From Mobula hypostoma (taxonomy: Eukaryota), in the NCBI RefSeq assembly GCF_963921235.1, contig NC_086097.1, forward strand, positions 75,084,001-75,148,000: a stretch of DNA of 64,000 nt, written 5' to 3'. Shown piece after piece: positions 47,340 through 61,504 of the stretch; position 1 is the stretch's first letter; the number at the start of each line of letters is the position of its first letter. The notes below the pieces were generated by a model, which did not search any database, was not told where the DNA came from, and was given only the letters and a program-made list of their open reading frames with translations. A program made the translations under genes and the position numbers.

Positions 47340-50300
47340 CAATGCCTATACAATGTATTCATCTATTCTTGAAAGATTTCATGTTCTATTGTTTTACAAC
47401 ATTGAATCACAATGGATTTAATTTTGCTCTTTTGACACTGATCAACAAAAAAGAACTCTTTCATGTCAAACTGAAAACAGATCTCTACAAATTGATCTAA
47501 ATTGGTTACAATTATAAAACAGAACATAATTGATAGCATAAGTGTTTACCCCCTTCAAAATGACACTCCAAATCATCATTGCTGCAGCCAAATGGTTTTC
47601 AAAGTCACATAATTAGTTAAATGGAGATCACCTGTGTGCAGTCAAGGTGTTACAATTGATTGTAGTAAAAATACAACTGGTTACTAGTTCAGTCATTTGC
47701 TGCAATTCATAATCAAGATAATTTAAGAGAAGAGGCTAAGCAATGTAGGGATCAGGTTTTAAGTGAATATCCTGATGTGCTGGGAAGCTAGCTGTAGCAA
47801 TGATAGTATTAGTGACGTAGAGTTTTCTTTGTGTGAATTTAAGAAAGCTATTACTAGTACAGGCTCCAGGAAAGGATGATATATGTTATTGTATGTTTAA
47901 AAGTATGGCTAACAATTCTCTTAAGATAATATTAAAAATTCTTGTATCATCTTTGGAATTTAGGCCATCTTCCCTTCTCATGGAAAATGGCAGAAGTAGT
48001 CCCATTTGTGTAAACTTATGGAATGTATGGTAATAGAGCAGTTGAATTTTATTTTGGAGAAAAGAGGTGATATAGTGTTTTATCATAGTGGATTTCAGAT
48101 GGGTAGGATGCTGTTAGGTTTTAGGAAAGCACAGGTAAATAAAGAATTTGTAATAGCAGTATTCTTTGATATAGAAAAAGAATATGATATGTTATGGAGG
48201 GGGAGGGTCTTGAATTAATTATGGAAATTAGGAGTGAGAGGAAGGCTGTATAATTTTTTTTCTGAGTTTTTTTTATTTAGGTGGTCAATGCAGGTAAGAG
48301 CAGGAAAGGTATATTCGGGCTTCTATGAGATAGAGAATGGGACTCCACAAGGTAGTATTTGTAGCCTTTTATTGTTTAATATTGTGATTAATGATATTTT
48401 CTCTGAGATAGGTACTGGGGTGGGTAAATCACTTTTTGCAGATGATGGAGCTTTATGGATCAGAGGAAAAAAATCAATTTAACTGTATATGGGATGCAAT
48501 TAGCAATTAATAAGGTCGAACAGTGGGCAAATGGGGTTTTACATTTTCAGTAGCTCAAACACAAGTTATATGTTTTACAAAGAGGATCAATAGACATGCA
48601 CTTAATTTGAAATTATATAGTCAAACTCTGGAAGAAATGTCAGTGGTGAGATTTCTTGGCATGTGGCTGGATAATAAGCTGATGTGGAAGCACCCTATCA
48701 GTAAGATGATTGACAAAAGTAAAGGGGTATTGGGTGTCTATATGGGTATTCTTGGGGTGGTACACAAAAATCTCTGACAATACGTATTTGCTTAATTAGA
48801 TTGGTATTTGATTATGGCTGTGTGTTTTATGGATCAGTGCAATCTTCAAATTTAAAATGTTTGGATGTGATACAAGCTCAGACTTTAAAACCGTTGTGGT
48901 ACAGTAAGGTCATTGTCTGTTTCAACTTTACTGGTTGAAATGGGACAATTACCCTTACAGTTGTGGAGGTTGAAGTTGTTAACGTACTGGGTTAACTTGA
49001 GGGGGCAGAAGAATGATCACCCTGCTAAAAGTGTGTTGGAAGACTGTTGTGTACATAACAAGAAGAGTGTTTTTAGTTTTGGATGGCTGGGTTCTCATCA
49101 CGCTAGGAATATGGGTTTGTTGTTATTATGTAATTTGTCCCACTGTAGCTTTTTTGGTAACCCCACCATGGTTTTTGCCCAAAGCTTTGGTTGACTTTAG
49201 GGTGCATGATTTAATGAAATCCAAGGATCTGATATGCCTGAGTCTGTTGGTTTATTGGTATGTTAAGGAAAATTATTATGATATGTCAACCAGTAAAAAT
49301 ATTTTAACAAAGATAGTTTAACAGGGAATATTGGTGTGGCTGTTTTTGTGCCTGAATTACAAGTAACAATAAAGAAACGTATGACTATTTATCGGTGTAT
49401 ACAGCTGAACTGTTGCCATCATTTTGGTCTTACAGTGGGTGGGGAAATCTGTCCTTGTAAAGTTATAATTCATTCAGATTCTTTTTCGGTCTTGACTAGT
49501 CTTAAAACAGTCATTCTAGCAGTAGGTCAGATTTACTGCTGGAAGCTCTTCAAACCTTATTTCACATCCAAAGTATTGGTCTACATGTCTCTACTTATCG
49601 GTCCCTGCACATAGAGGTATTGAGGGGATTGAACAGGGTGATTGTTTGGCCAAAAAGCTGTTAGAAGTTCATCGGTGGATAAAGACCTTCCACTTAGCAA
49701 ATCAGAAACTAAGGGGTCGGTGGAGCTAAGAATTGTGGAATTACGGCAAGACCTGTGGGATAATGAGCATGAGGGGAGACATATTTACAGAATACACAAA
49801 ACTGTTGGATTGATGGGAGAAGGGGTTAAGACAAGAAGGGAAGGAATTATATTAACGACTTGGAATTGGGCATAGTATGCTTAATTATTCCTTGTATCTT
49901 GTTGGAAAATATCACTCTGGGATGTGTAGGTTTTATCATCATTATGAGACAGTTGAATATATTATTTTATAATGTAAAGCATATGAGATTAAAAGAAAGC
50001 AAATGCAGGCTGCACTACTAGCTTTGGTGATTGACAGTTTTCATTTAAAAACTTTTAAGGTATGGAAGTGACTTTAATTCACAATATTGTCTTTCATTAT
50101 TTAATATCTATAGGGCTTTTTGGGGTAATTTGGTTTTTGTTTGATAAAGCTAAGCAATATTGTGCCCATATTGTACTGTCTCAGTACTTTTATATTTCTG
50201 TGCTGTAGCACTTTTTATTCACAATTATTTTGTAAATAACACCATTCTTTGTATTTCTGGTTAGATGCTAACTGTATTTCATTGGCTTTGTATCTGTACT

Positions 50301-51175
50301 CAGCACAATGACAATAAAGTTGAATTTAGTCTAATCTAAAATAAAGAAGTAATAGGGGTTATATTTCCCAACTCTCTACACCACTCTCCAGTCCAGTTGG
50401 TGGTGGTGATGCACCTTCAAGTTGGACTGCCAACCACCATTAAGAAGAAGAGGAAGAAGTCCAACTTCTGATGTGTCAGTTTCCTGGCAAAAACTACACC
50501 ACGAAAACAAAAGAACACTCCAAGCAACTCTGCAAAAAGGTTATTGAAATGTATAAGTCAGGAGATGGATACAAGAAATTTTCTAAGTCACTGAATATCC
50601 CTTGGAGTACAGTTAAGTCAATCATCAAGAAGTGGAAATTATATTGCACAGCTGTAAATCTGCCTAGAGCAGGCCATCCTAAAACTGAGTGACTCTGTAA
50701 GAAGGGGACTAATGAGAGAGGCCTCCAAGAGACCTATGTCAACTTTGGAGGAGTTACAAGGTTCAAGGACTGAGATGGGAGAGACTGTGTATACAACAAC
50801 TGTTGTCTGGGTGCTTCACCAGTTGCAGCTTTATGGGAGAGTGGCAAAGAGAATGCCATTGTTGTGGGGGTGGTGGTGGGGGGAACCTCTCACTAAATCT
50901 TGGCTGGAACTTGCCAGGAGGCATGTGGGAGACTCCGAAGTCAGCTGGAAGAAGATTCTGTGGTCAGATGAATCCAAAATTAAGCCATCAGGCTAAACGC
51001 TATGTTTGGCATAAGCCAAATGCTGTACATCATCAAAGACACACAATCTCTACTGTGAAAATGGTGGTGGCTGCATCATGCTGTGGGGATGCTTCAGGGC
51101 AGCAGGTCCTGGAAGGCTTGTGAAGGTAGAGGATAAAATGAATGCAGCAAAATACAGGGAAATATGGAGGACAAA
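47340..51175 (+). mobile_element. Tc1/mariner transposon (left end plus partial transposase), split by a LINE
   Basis: TA + CAATGCCTATACAATGTATTCA left end. Transposase resumes ~50500: KTKEHSKQL..KVIEMYKSGDGYKKFSKSLNIPWSTVKSIIKKW, WKKILWSDESK, then GGG.IMLWGCF-like sequence; 3'-truncated. Confidence 0.88.
47680..50459 (+). mobile_element. I-group (Nimb-like) LINE with RT and RNase H, decayed, inserted in Tc1
   Basis: AVFFDIEKEYDMLW, GTPQGSICSLLLFNIVIND, SLFADDGALW, RNase H-like IHSDSFSVL and P.H.GIEG; (AAG)n tail at ~50442-50459. Confidence 0.85.
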
Positions 51176-51179
51176 CCAG

Positions 51180-51635
51180 AGTAGAATTTGTATGGTGAAT
51201 GGTAGGGCACTGAGGTATTCAGTATAACAAAGGAATCTGGAATACAGATTGATAATTCTTTAAAAGTGGCATCACAAGTTGATAGGCTTGTAAAGAGCTT
51301 TTGGAAGTTTGGATGATTTCTGAGCTTTTGTCATATTGGCCTTCATAAATCAGAGTATTGAGTATAAAGATATCAATAAGATTGAAAGAATATGGAGAAA
51401 ATTCTCAAACATGTTGCCAGGACTTGAGAACCTGAGTTATACAGAAAGTTTGAATAGGTTAGGACTTTATTCCTTGGAATATAGGAAAATGAGGGGAGAT
51501 TTGATAGAGGTACACAAAATTATGAGGGATATAGATAGGGTAAATGTATTGGGCTTCTTCCATGGAGGTTGAGTGAGGCTGGAACTAGAGGTCATAGGTT
51601 AAAGGTGAAATATTTTTGGGGAACATGAAGGGGAT
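51180..51635 (+). mobile_element. CR1 3' fragment
   Basis: AFINQSIEYK, LGLYSLEYRKMRGDLIEVHKI. Confidence 0.85.
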
Positions 51636-52734
51636 ACAGCTGTCATCACGATGGTGAAACAACTGCTGTGAGTTCTGCTAAGGGTCCCCATTAGATAACC
51701 AGATAAGTATCATTAAATAATGAATCTGTGTGGGAACATTCACTGTGCTACTTCTCTTGTATCTTTGTCCAACTTCACAGGATATTTCAGCAGAAACGAG
51801 TGGATGAAGTGCTATATACAGCACTTGTTAGGGCATCAGAAGTGGACAGTAATTTTTTTCAGTGTTGGGGTTTAAGAGGATTCCTTTCAGCTGCTGTATG
51901 TGTGGTTAGACATATAGGGTTCAGAGAGACACTTTCAGAACATCGATATCCAAAATGGCACCAGCAGGGTCAATTTGACTGATGTTAACATCTATCAAGA
52001 ATGCACAATTCTGGTGAGTGTTGGCTGCACACAAATTAATGCAATCATAAAGATAAATTCCAGTGCCACATGTTTGTTAATTTAAAATAAATTATCTGCA
52101 GGACCTTGAGGAGAAGCTTGTATTTGAGTTTTTCAGAGATTAAAATTGGTCTCCTAGCTTTATCTTGTAGTCTAGGTCAAATTAGAAACTAGGCAGACAA
52201 TAGTCTAGTTAACACTGACTAAACTGAGTGGCAATGCTTTTCTCTCTCCTTTTTCAGTAGCATAAGTAATCTGCCTCCATTAACTCACTGACAGTGATTG
52301 GGATATCAATTTTGTCTCTAGCTTTTCTTTCCTATATTTTTTCTATATTTTAACATGTTTATAAGCTTCCAATTAGCTTACAAATAGATGAAGCATATGG
52401 TCAGTAGCCACTGAACTAGGTACTTCCCGCACCTAATAAAGTGGCCACTGAGTGTATGTTCATGGTCTTCTGCTGCTGTCACCCATTTGATTCAATGCAT
52501 TGCACATTCAGAGATGCCCTTCTGCAAACCATTATTGTAACTTAAGTTACTGGTGCTGCCTTGTCAACTTGAACCAGTCTGGCCAGTCTCCTCTGACCGC
52601 TCCTATTAATAAGGCATTTTTGTCCACAGAACTGCTGCACACTGGATAATTTTTGTTTTTCTGCCCTTCTTTCTGAACTCTAGAGACTGAATCAAAGTGC
52701 AAAGTAAATTTGTTATCAAAATGCATATATCCAA

Positions 52735-55078
52735 TAGGACAATGAGAGATAGGAGCAGAATTAGGCCATTCAGCCCATTGAGTCTGCTCCCCATTCCATC
52801 ATGACTGTTCATTATCTCTATCAACCCCATTCTCTTGTCTTCTCCCTGTAGCCTTTGACACCCTGATTAATCAAGAATGGATCAACCTCCACTTTAAATA
52901 TTCCAATGAGTTGCTCTGCATAGCTGTCTGTGGCAATGAATTCCATAGATTCGTAACACTTTGACTAAAGAAAACTTTCCTCATCTGTTCTAAATGGACA
53001 ACCCTCAATTCTGACACTGTGCTCTCTGGCCGTAGACTCCCTCACTATAGGAAATACCGTCTCTACATCCACTTCATCTTCGCCTTTTAATATTTGACAC
53101 ATTTCAATTAGATTCCCCCCCCCCCCATTCTTCTAAATTCCAGCAAGTACGGGCCCAAATCCATCAAACACTCCTCATCCATTAACTCTTTTATTCCCAG
53201 AATCATTCTCATGAAGCTCCTGGACCCCCTCCAATGCCAGTACATCCTTTCTTGGGTAGGGGGCCCAAAACTGCATTCAATACTCGAAGTGTGGTCTGAC
53301 CAATGCCTTATAAAGCCACGGCATTACATCCTTGCTTTTGTATTCTAGTCCTCTCAAGATGAATGCTAACATTGCATTTCCCTTCTTTACCATGGACACT
53401 ACTTGCAGGTTATCCTCTAGGGAATCCTACATGAGGACTATCAAGTACCTTTGCACCTCTGATTTTCTTTTTTTAAATTTTCTCCCCATTTAGAAGGTAG
53501 TCCATGCCTTTATTCCTTCTGCCAAAATGCATGACCATACGTTTCCCTACACTATATTCCATCTGCCACTTCTTTGCCCATTCACCCAGTTGGTCAAAGT
53601 CCTTCTGCAGACATCTTGCTTCTGCTCCTCCACCTTTCTTCATTTTCACAAACTTGGCCACAGTCATTAAATCATTGACATATAACATGAAAAGAAGTGG
53701 TCCTAACACCACCCCCCCCCCATGGCACACCAGTAGTCACTGGCAGCCAACCAGGAAAGGCCCTCTTTATTCCCATTCTCTTCCTCCTGCCTGTCAGCCA
53801 ATCTTCTATCCATGGTAGTACCTTGGAATTTACTGATTAGTTCTGAGGGGATGATGGTGTTAAATGCCAAGCTGTAATCGATAAGGAGCATCCTGATGTA
53901 TGCATCTTTGCTGTCCAGATGTTCCAGGGTTGTGTGGAGAGCCAGCAAGACAGCTCTGTGGAGCTATTGCTTCGGTTCGTGGCTTGGAGCAGATCCAAGT
54001 CACCTTTCAGACAGGAGCTGGTATGGTCCAACACCAACCTCTCAAAACACTTCATCACTGTGGATGCAAGTGTCACTGGTCAACAGTCATTTAGACAGGT
54101 TACCACATTCTTCTTGGACACTGGTATGATTAAAGCCTGCTTGAAGCAGGTGGATACCACATACTGCCAGAGCGAGAGGTTGAAGATATCAGTGAATACA
54201 CCAGCCAGTTGGTCAGCACAGGTCTTCAGTACTTGGCTAGGTACTCCGACTGAACCTGATTATTCTCGAATGACCATTACTTATGTCTTCACAATCTTCT
54301 TAGCTACTTCTTTCAGAACCCTGGGGTGCAGTCCATCTGGTCCAGCTGATTTATCTACCTTCAGACTTTTCAGCTTCCCAAGCACCTTCTCCTTAGTAAC
54401 AATGCACAGCCTCCAATGTTGTCGTACTTCAGGCATTCTGCTAGTGTATTCCACAGTGAAGACTGACACAAAATACTTATTACATTTGTCCGTCATTTCC
54501 TTGTCCCCATTACTACCTCTCCAGTATTATTTTCCTGCAGTCTGAAAGCCACTCTTGTCTCTCTTTTATTCTTTACATATCTGGAAAAAAACCTTTCTGT
54601 ATCCTCTTTTATATTATTGGCTAATTTGCCTTCATATTTCAGCTTTTCTCTCTTTATAGCTGTTTTAGTTGCCTTCTGTTGGGTTTTAAAAGCTTCCCAA
54701 TCCTCTACCTTTCCACTAATTTTTGCTTTTTCTTTTATGCTGTTTATTCACTTCCCTTGTCAACCACCATTGTCACATCCTCTCTTTAGAATACTATTTC
54801 AACTTTGGGATGTATCTTTCCAGTACCTTCCAAATTTTCCCCTGAAACACCAGCAATTGCTGTTCTGTCATCATCCCTGTTAGTGTTCCTTTCCAATCAA
54901 CTTTGACCTGCTCCATTCTCATGACCTTGGTAACTCCTTTACTCCACGTTAACACTGATGCATTCAATTTTTGCTTCTTCTCAAACTGCAGGGACATTAA
55001 GTCTATCACGTTGTGATCACTGCCTCCTAAATGCTCCTTTCTTTACGTTAAGGTCCCTAATCAAATCTGGTTCATTGC
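52735..55078 (-). mobile_element. CR1 LINE, long decayed copy
   Basis: [52 protein letters not shown]1 tail near 52735-52790. Confidence 0.88.
53823..54262 (-). mobile_element. Rex1 RT fragment embedded in CR1
   Basis: [42 protein letters not shown]. Confidence 0.85.
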
Positions 55079-57413
55079 TTCTCCCTGATGGCCACAGTGA
55101 GAGGACAGCATTGCCAGAGTGGTGGGGGTCCTTGCTGATACATGCTGCTTTCCTACAAAAGCACTCCATGTAGATGTGCTCAATGGTGGGAAGGGCTCTA
55201 GCCCTGATGATCTGGGCTATCTCCACTGCTTTTTGTAGGATTTTCCAATCAAAGGCCTTGTTTTCATACCAGGCCATGATGCAACCAGTCAACATACTCC
55301 CCACCAAAGTTTTAGATGCCATACTGAATCTTCACAAACTTCTTAGGAAATCGAGGTGCTGCAGTGCTTTTTTTTTGTAATTGCACTTGCATGCTGGGCC
55401 CAGGACATATCCTCTGAAATAATAAACACTGAGGAATTTAAAGTTAATGACTCCCTGCAGCTCTGATTCTCCCAATGAATTTTGTTTCATTGGACCTTCA
55501 GATTTCTCTTGCTGACAGGGAGTGAGAGGTTGTTGTTGTGGCACCACTCAGACAGATTTTCAATCTCACTCTTACATGCTGATTCATCACCACCTTTGAT
55601 TTGCTTAAAGACAGTGGTGTTGACCGTAACCTTTAAAAATGGCATTGGAGCTGTGCTTAACCTCGCAGACATAAGTACAAAGTGAGTAGAACGGGGGGCT
55701 TAGCACACAGCATTATGGTGCACCAGTGCTGACGGAAATGAAGGAGATTTTGTTTTCAAGCTGAACTGGTGAGGGTATGTAAGTGAGTAAATCGAGGATC
55801 CAATTGCACAAGAATGTATGTAGGCCAAGGTTTTGAAACTTATTGATTAGTTTTGAGGGGATTATAGTATCGAATGCTGAGCTGCAGTCAACATGTCCAC
55901 ATGTTTCAGGGTTGAGTGAAATGCCAATGAAATGGCATCTGCTGTGGACCTGTTGTGATGGTCAGCCAAGTCACTTCTCAGGCAGCAGTTGATATGTTTT
56001 ATCACCAACCTCACAAAGTTTTTCATCACAGTGGATGTAAGTGCTACTGAATGATAGTCACTGAGGCAGGTTACCACATTCTTCTTTGGTCCTGGTATAA
56101 TTGAAGTCTGCTTGAAGCAGGTGGGTGCCTCAGACTGCTGAAGAGAGAGGTTAAAGATAAAGGTGAACTCACCAACCAGTTTATCACCACAGGTCTTTAG
56201 TACTGAGCCGGGTCATGCAGCCTGGATCCCAGCAGATCAGCAGTTCTGAAATACTCAAACTACCCCATCTGGCACCAACAATTGTTCCACGGTCAAAGTC
56301 ACTTTGATCACATTTTCTTCCCTATTCTGATAGTTGGTCTGAACAATTGAACTTCTTTACCATGTCTGCATGCTTTTATGCATTGAGTTGCTGTCACATG
56401 ATTAGATGATCAGATATTTGCATTATTGAGCCGATGTATAGTGGTTGCTGAATAAAGTGGCCACTGAGTGTATTTCTCCTTACAAATGATACCTGCATTT
56501 TGTGTTTTGGTTAGTTTGATTATAAGATCAAATCCATTTATGAAGATAAATTCAACTTTGCTTTCTTTCAGCAGTTAAATAAGGGAAAAGGCATATAAAA
56601 TTACATTCTATGTTTTAGGTAGGTGAATGGTCAATTTGGCCTATTTTAACTTATGGCTTCTTTAAATGATGATCTACTTGCCTTTCATGAATAGGTGGTG
56701 CCTAAATAACCCCCAAAATATTGTCACTTAGAAGAGAACGTAAGCTCAAGATCTACTGGTCAGCAGACAATTGAGGTAGATTCAATGCATGAGCTAGTTC
56801 TCATAAATGAATGAATCGGGAGAATGTCTGTTTTCCATTTATATTTTTAACAATTCGACACTTATCAGTTTAAATTGTCTCTTGGTTTGGAGATCATTGT
56901 GATATTTGGTAAATTACTCTTTCTCATGTTGTAAATGATTTCCTTCCATGAAATGAATGAACAACAAGGTCACGGCTCCTGCATGCACACCTATAATGCA
57001 AGACAATTATTACAGTGTATGATTTTATGTATGTTATTATCTTTTCATTGTATATTGAAGAAGCTGTTTGATATTTATCTGGTGAGTTTACTTTAGCTCT
57101 ATACAGTCAATGCAACATTTTCCCAATTATTTAAAAATATTTCCTCTTAAGATATCAGGACAATATTTTAAAATCCTCTTGACCTAACACCATTTGTAAG
57201 CGAGAAAGAAATTTCTGTCTACCTGCCCAACCAGCCCCTTTCAAAACATAGAATTAATATCATACCTTAATCTCCCACATTCCTGGAATATAAGACTATT
57301 AAAAGTTATCGTTTCCAGTAGAATACATATTATGTACATTTAATTTAAGGTTCTTCAAGGGATTAGGATCCCAAGAATGAATAAGTAGTTGGCCATCTCT
57401 TAACTATGTTATA

Positions 57414-57535
57414 AACACAAGAGATACTGCAGGTGCTTGAAATCTTGAACACAAAAACGCTCATGCTGGAGGAACTCAACAAGTCAGGAGGAAAATAAAC
57501 AGACAATGTTTTGGGCTAAGACTCTTCTTCAGACT
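57414..57535 (-). repeat. Penelope-like terminal repeat
   Basis: CACAAGAGATACTGCAGGTGCT...GCTGGAGGAACTCA...GTTTTGGGCTAAGACTCTTCTTCAG. Confidence 0.7.
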
Positions 57536-57594
57536 CTTATTCCTGTGTTAACAATGTTACTTATTTTACATTGTTTTGCCATTTAGCTCATTAA

Positions 57595-57880
57595 AGTCAT
57601 GGAGCTGTACAGTACAAAAACAGGCCCTTGGGGCCACTGAGCCCACTCCAACAATCAAAGAGTGTTCCTATTTCACATTCCCATTAACCTCCCTTTAGAT
57701 TCTACATGCTTGGGGAAACTCGCAATGGCTAGTAAAACTCCACATTTTTGGGGTGTTGGAGGAAATCAGAGGACCCAGAGTAAACCCATTCATTCATAGG
57801 AAGAACATGCAAACTTCACAAAAGCAGCACCAGAAGTCAAGATTGAACCTGGATTGCTGAAGCAATGAGGCAGCAGATCT
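57595..57880 (-). mobile_element. V-SINE (HE1-like) with CR1-type tail
   Basis: GGAAGAACATGCAAACTTCACA (V-domain, reverse) and GATTGAACCTGG (B-box, reverse); tail ACAGGCCCTTGGGCCCAC. Confidence 0.7.
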
Positions 57881-57885
57881 ATTAT

Positions 57886-58100
57886 AAGCATGAGAAAGTC
57901 TGCAGATTCTGGAAATTCAAAGCAACATGCACAAAATACTGGTGGAACTCAACAGGCCAGGCAGCATCTATGGGAATGAATTAACAGTTGACATTTTGGG
58001 ATGAGACTCTTCTTCAGGACTAAGACAGCAGGGGGAAGATGCCAGAATAAAAAGGTGGCGGGATGGGAAGGAGGTTAGCTAGAAGATGATAACAGAAGCA
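57886..58100 (-). repeat. Penelope-like terminal repeat
   Basis: TCTGCAGATTCTGGAAATTCAA...GGCAGCATCTAT...CAGTTGACATTTTGGGATGAGACTCTTCTTCAGGACT. Confidence 0.7.
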
Positions 58101-58459
58101 TATCTATTAGTTTAATTGCTCATTATATAGTTTAGTTGCTCATTATATTGCTATCAGATTTTTGAATTGGTTTCCCTTAATGGTCAGCAATCAGTAGGCA
58201 TTGCTTGTAAGGACATTATTTATAGAGTACCCCAATTGCCCTTGTTAAGGTGGTGCTCCTCTGCCTTCTTGAACTGCTGCAGTCCCCCTTATATGCAGTG
58301 AGTATTCTTATTACTCTTGGATAGGAAGGTCCACAATTTTAATCTAGAGGCAATGAGAGATCAACAATATACTTGCTAGCAGGATGATGTGTAGCTTGGA
58401 GGGGACGTGGTGGTTATTATTTAATCTTCTGCTTCTAGACGACAGAGGTTGTCAGCGCA

Positions 58460-61120
58460 AGACCATGAGTCACAGGAGCAGAATTATGCCAATCAGCTCA
58501 TCAAGTCTAATCCACCATTCCATCACGTGATTTATTACCTCTCTCAAACCCATTTTCCTGTCTGGGGAATATTATCAAAGATGCCTCAAAATCTAGCAAA
58601 GCAATTTACTGATTGAATTTACGGTGCATAGTTAACTAAATATGAAAATAGCTGTAAGGATTGACAAAAACAGGGTAAAATATTCACTGTTATCTCAACA
58701 CAGTTGCAAGTAGTGATTATAAGGCTATGATTAGCACATTAATTGGCTAATGGATTTTCCCTCTCAACTCCATTCTCCTGCTTTCTCCCCATTCCTTTGA
58801 CATTGTTACTAATCAAATGCCTATCAACCATTGCTTTAAATATACTGAAGACTTGGCCTCCACATTGATCTGTAGCAATGAATTGCACAGATTCACCACC
58901 CTCCAGTTGAAGATATTTTTTCTGTTCTCAATTCTAGAGTGATGTGTTTCTATCCTGAGGCTGTGCCCTCTGGTCCTACACTCTCCTGCTATTGGGAGCA
59001 TCCTCACCACATCCACTGTATCTGGACTTCTCAATATTCGGTAGGTTTCAATGAGATCACTCCTTATTTTTCTAAACCCAACCAAGCAGAGACCCAGAAT
59101 AATCAAACACTCCTCATATATTAACCTTTTAATTCAGGGGATTATTCTTGTAAACCCCCTCTGCACCCATCCTTTCTTTGATATTGGGTGCAAAACTGCT
59201 CACAATACTCCAGATGTGGTCCAACAAATCCCTTATAAAGTCTTAGAATTTATTTCTTGCTTTTATGTCCTAGTCCTCTCAAAATAATGCTAACATTGCG
59301 TTTGCCTTCTTTACTCTCAACTCCACCTCCAAGTTAACCTTTAGGGAATCCTGCACTAGGAACCTTAGTTTAGAAAATAGTCAATGCCTTTATTCCTTCT
59401 ATGAAGAGCATGACCATGCACTTCCCTACATGGCGTTCCATCTGCTGCATCTTTGTCCATTCTCCTGATTTGTTCGTCCTTCTGCAGATCTGCTTCTTCA
59501 TTGATGTTTGTATCATCTGCAAACTTGGCCTCAAAGCCATTAATTCTGTCGTCCAGATCATTAACAGATGACTTGAAAAGTAGCAGATCCAACAGTGACA
59601 ACGGGTGGAATACAACTAGTTACCATCAGCCAGCCTGAAAAGGCTCCCTTTATTCCCACTCCTTGCCTTCTGCCAGTCAGCCAATCTTCTGTCCATGCTA
59701 CAATTTTTCCTGTAATACCATATTCTCTTATCCTATTAAGCAGCCTCACGTGCAACACCATGTCAAATGCTCTCTGAAAATCCAAGTAAACAACATCCAC
59801 TAACCACCTTTGTCTATCTTGCCTGCTATTTCCTCAAAGAATTCCAACAGATTTGTCAGGTAAAACTTCCCCCTAAGGAAACGATGCTGACTTTGGCCCA
59901 TTTTATTATGTGTCTGCAAGTACCCTGAGATCTCATTCTTAATAATGGACTCTAACATCATGCGAACCACTGAAGTCAGGCTAACTGGCCTATAGTTTTT
60001 TTTTTCTGCCTCCATCCCAAGAGTGGAGTGACACTTGCAATTTTCCAGTCCTCTGGAACCATTCCAGAATCTAGTGATTCTTGAAATATCATTACTAATG
60101 CCTCCAGAATCTCTTCAGTAACTTATTTCAGAATCCCGAGATGTGTCCATCTGGTCCAGGTAACTTATTAACCTTCAGACCTTTCAGCTTTCCAAACACC
60201 TTTTCCTTCGTAATGGTAACTACTGTCACTTCTACCCCAAAGCTCTCAAAATTCTGTCATGTTGCTGGTATCTTTCACAAAATACTTACTCAATTTGTCT
60301 GCCATTTCTTTTTTCCCCAATACTACCTCTCTGATGTCTACTCTTTCTTTACTCTTTAATACCTGAAAAAAAACTTTAGGTACCTTCTTTATAATATTGG
60401 CTGGCTTACCTTGGTAATTCATCTTTTTTCTCCTTATTGCCTTTTTAGTTACCTTCTGTTTGTTTTCAAAAGCTTCTCAATCCTCTAGCTTTCCATTAAA
60501 TTTTGCTATACTGTATGCCCTCTCTTTTGCTTTCATTCTGTCTTTGACTTCTATTGTCAGCCATGGTTGCCTTGTCCTCTCTTTAGAATGCTGCTGCTTC
60601 TCTGGGATGAAATGATCTTGCTTCTTCCAAATTACTCTCAAAAACTCCTGCCATTGCTGTTCTACTGTCATTCCAGCTAGTGTCCCCTTCCAATCAACTT
60701 TGGCCAGCTCCTCCTGTTTCTGTAGTTACTTTTATTCAGCTGTGATACCAATACATCTGATTTTAGCTTCTTCATCTCAAACTGTAGGGAGAATTCTATC
60801 ATATGATCACTGCCTCCTATAGGTTCCTTTATTTCAAATTCCCTAATCAAATCTGATTCATTACACAACACCCAATTCAGAATTACCTTTTCTCTCATTG
60901 GCTCAACCACAAGCTGCCCTAAACGGCCATCTCATAGGCAATCTACAAATTCATTCTCTTAGAGTCCGTACCAACCTAGTTTTCTCAATCTGCCTGCCTA
61001 CTGAAATCCCCCATGATAATTGTAACGTTGCCCTTTTTATGTGCCTTTTCTATCTCCAGTTGCAATTTGTACCCCACATCCTGGCTAGTGTTTGGAGCCG
61101 TTGTATAACTCCCATCAAGA
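58460..61120 (-). mobile_element. CR1 LINE, long decayed copy (endonuclease through 3' end)
   Basis: EPIGGSDHMIEF, NYRPVSLTSVVRMMLESII, VVYLDFQRAFD, KFADDT, RSDLIETYRIL; an unrelated stretch lies at ~58565-58750. Confidence 0.9.
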
Positions 61121-61504
61121 TAATTTTACCCATATCAACAAACAGTTTCCCAGACACCAGCTAACTGTATTATGCAAGTATTTTAAAAAGTCAGTAGTAA
61201 ATTAGTATTTTAAAAAAAGTCATTTTAAAAATAGTAGTAAATAGAGATGGTAATTTTTTTAAAGATATACACTGATAATTAATTTGTGATGGTAAGCATA
61301 CTATAACGAGCTTAAATTTCTTGCATAATTTCTCCTGTAGAATTGGGAATTTTACTTAATTGATTCACAGGATGTGAACAACCTGGCAAGACCCAAAATT
61401 ATTGCCCATTCCTAATTGTTCCTGAAGCTTACCTGAACCATTAAGTGCATACATTGGATTCAACATCAGTGAAATTCTGATACAGATAAGTATAGACTAA
61501 AGGA

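Larger units (their letters stand above)
52690..56215 (-). mobile_element. Rex1/Babar LINE (body 55080-56215, tail 52690-52732) interrupted by CR1
   Basis: VTCLSDYHSVALTSTVMKNFVRLV, GGDESACKSEIENLSEWCHNNNLSL, AACISKDPHHSGNAVLSLWPSGR. Confidence 0.8.
52398..56470 (-). mobile_element. Non-autonomous Tc1-derived element split by ~3.5 kb of nested LINEs
   Basis: TIR AATAAAGTGGCCACTGAGTG+TA at 56451-56472 and a palindromic TIR pair at ~52398-52456. Minus strand 56224-56320 encodes an SDFDRGTIVGAR..LSIS..ADLLG HTH-like N-terminus that continues (VSRV) below 52690. Confidence 0.75.

Noticed and set aside
53919..54545. 208-aa plus-strand ORF
   Set aside because: Antisense read-through of Rex1 and CR1 fragments.
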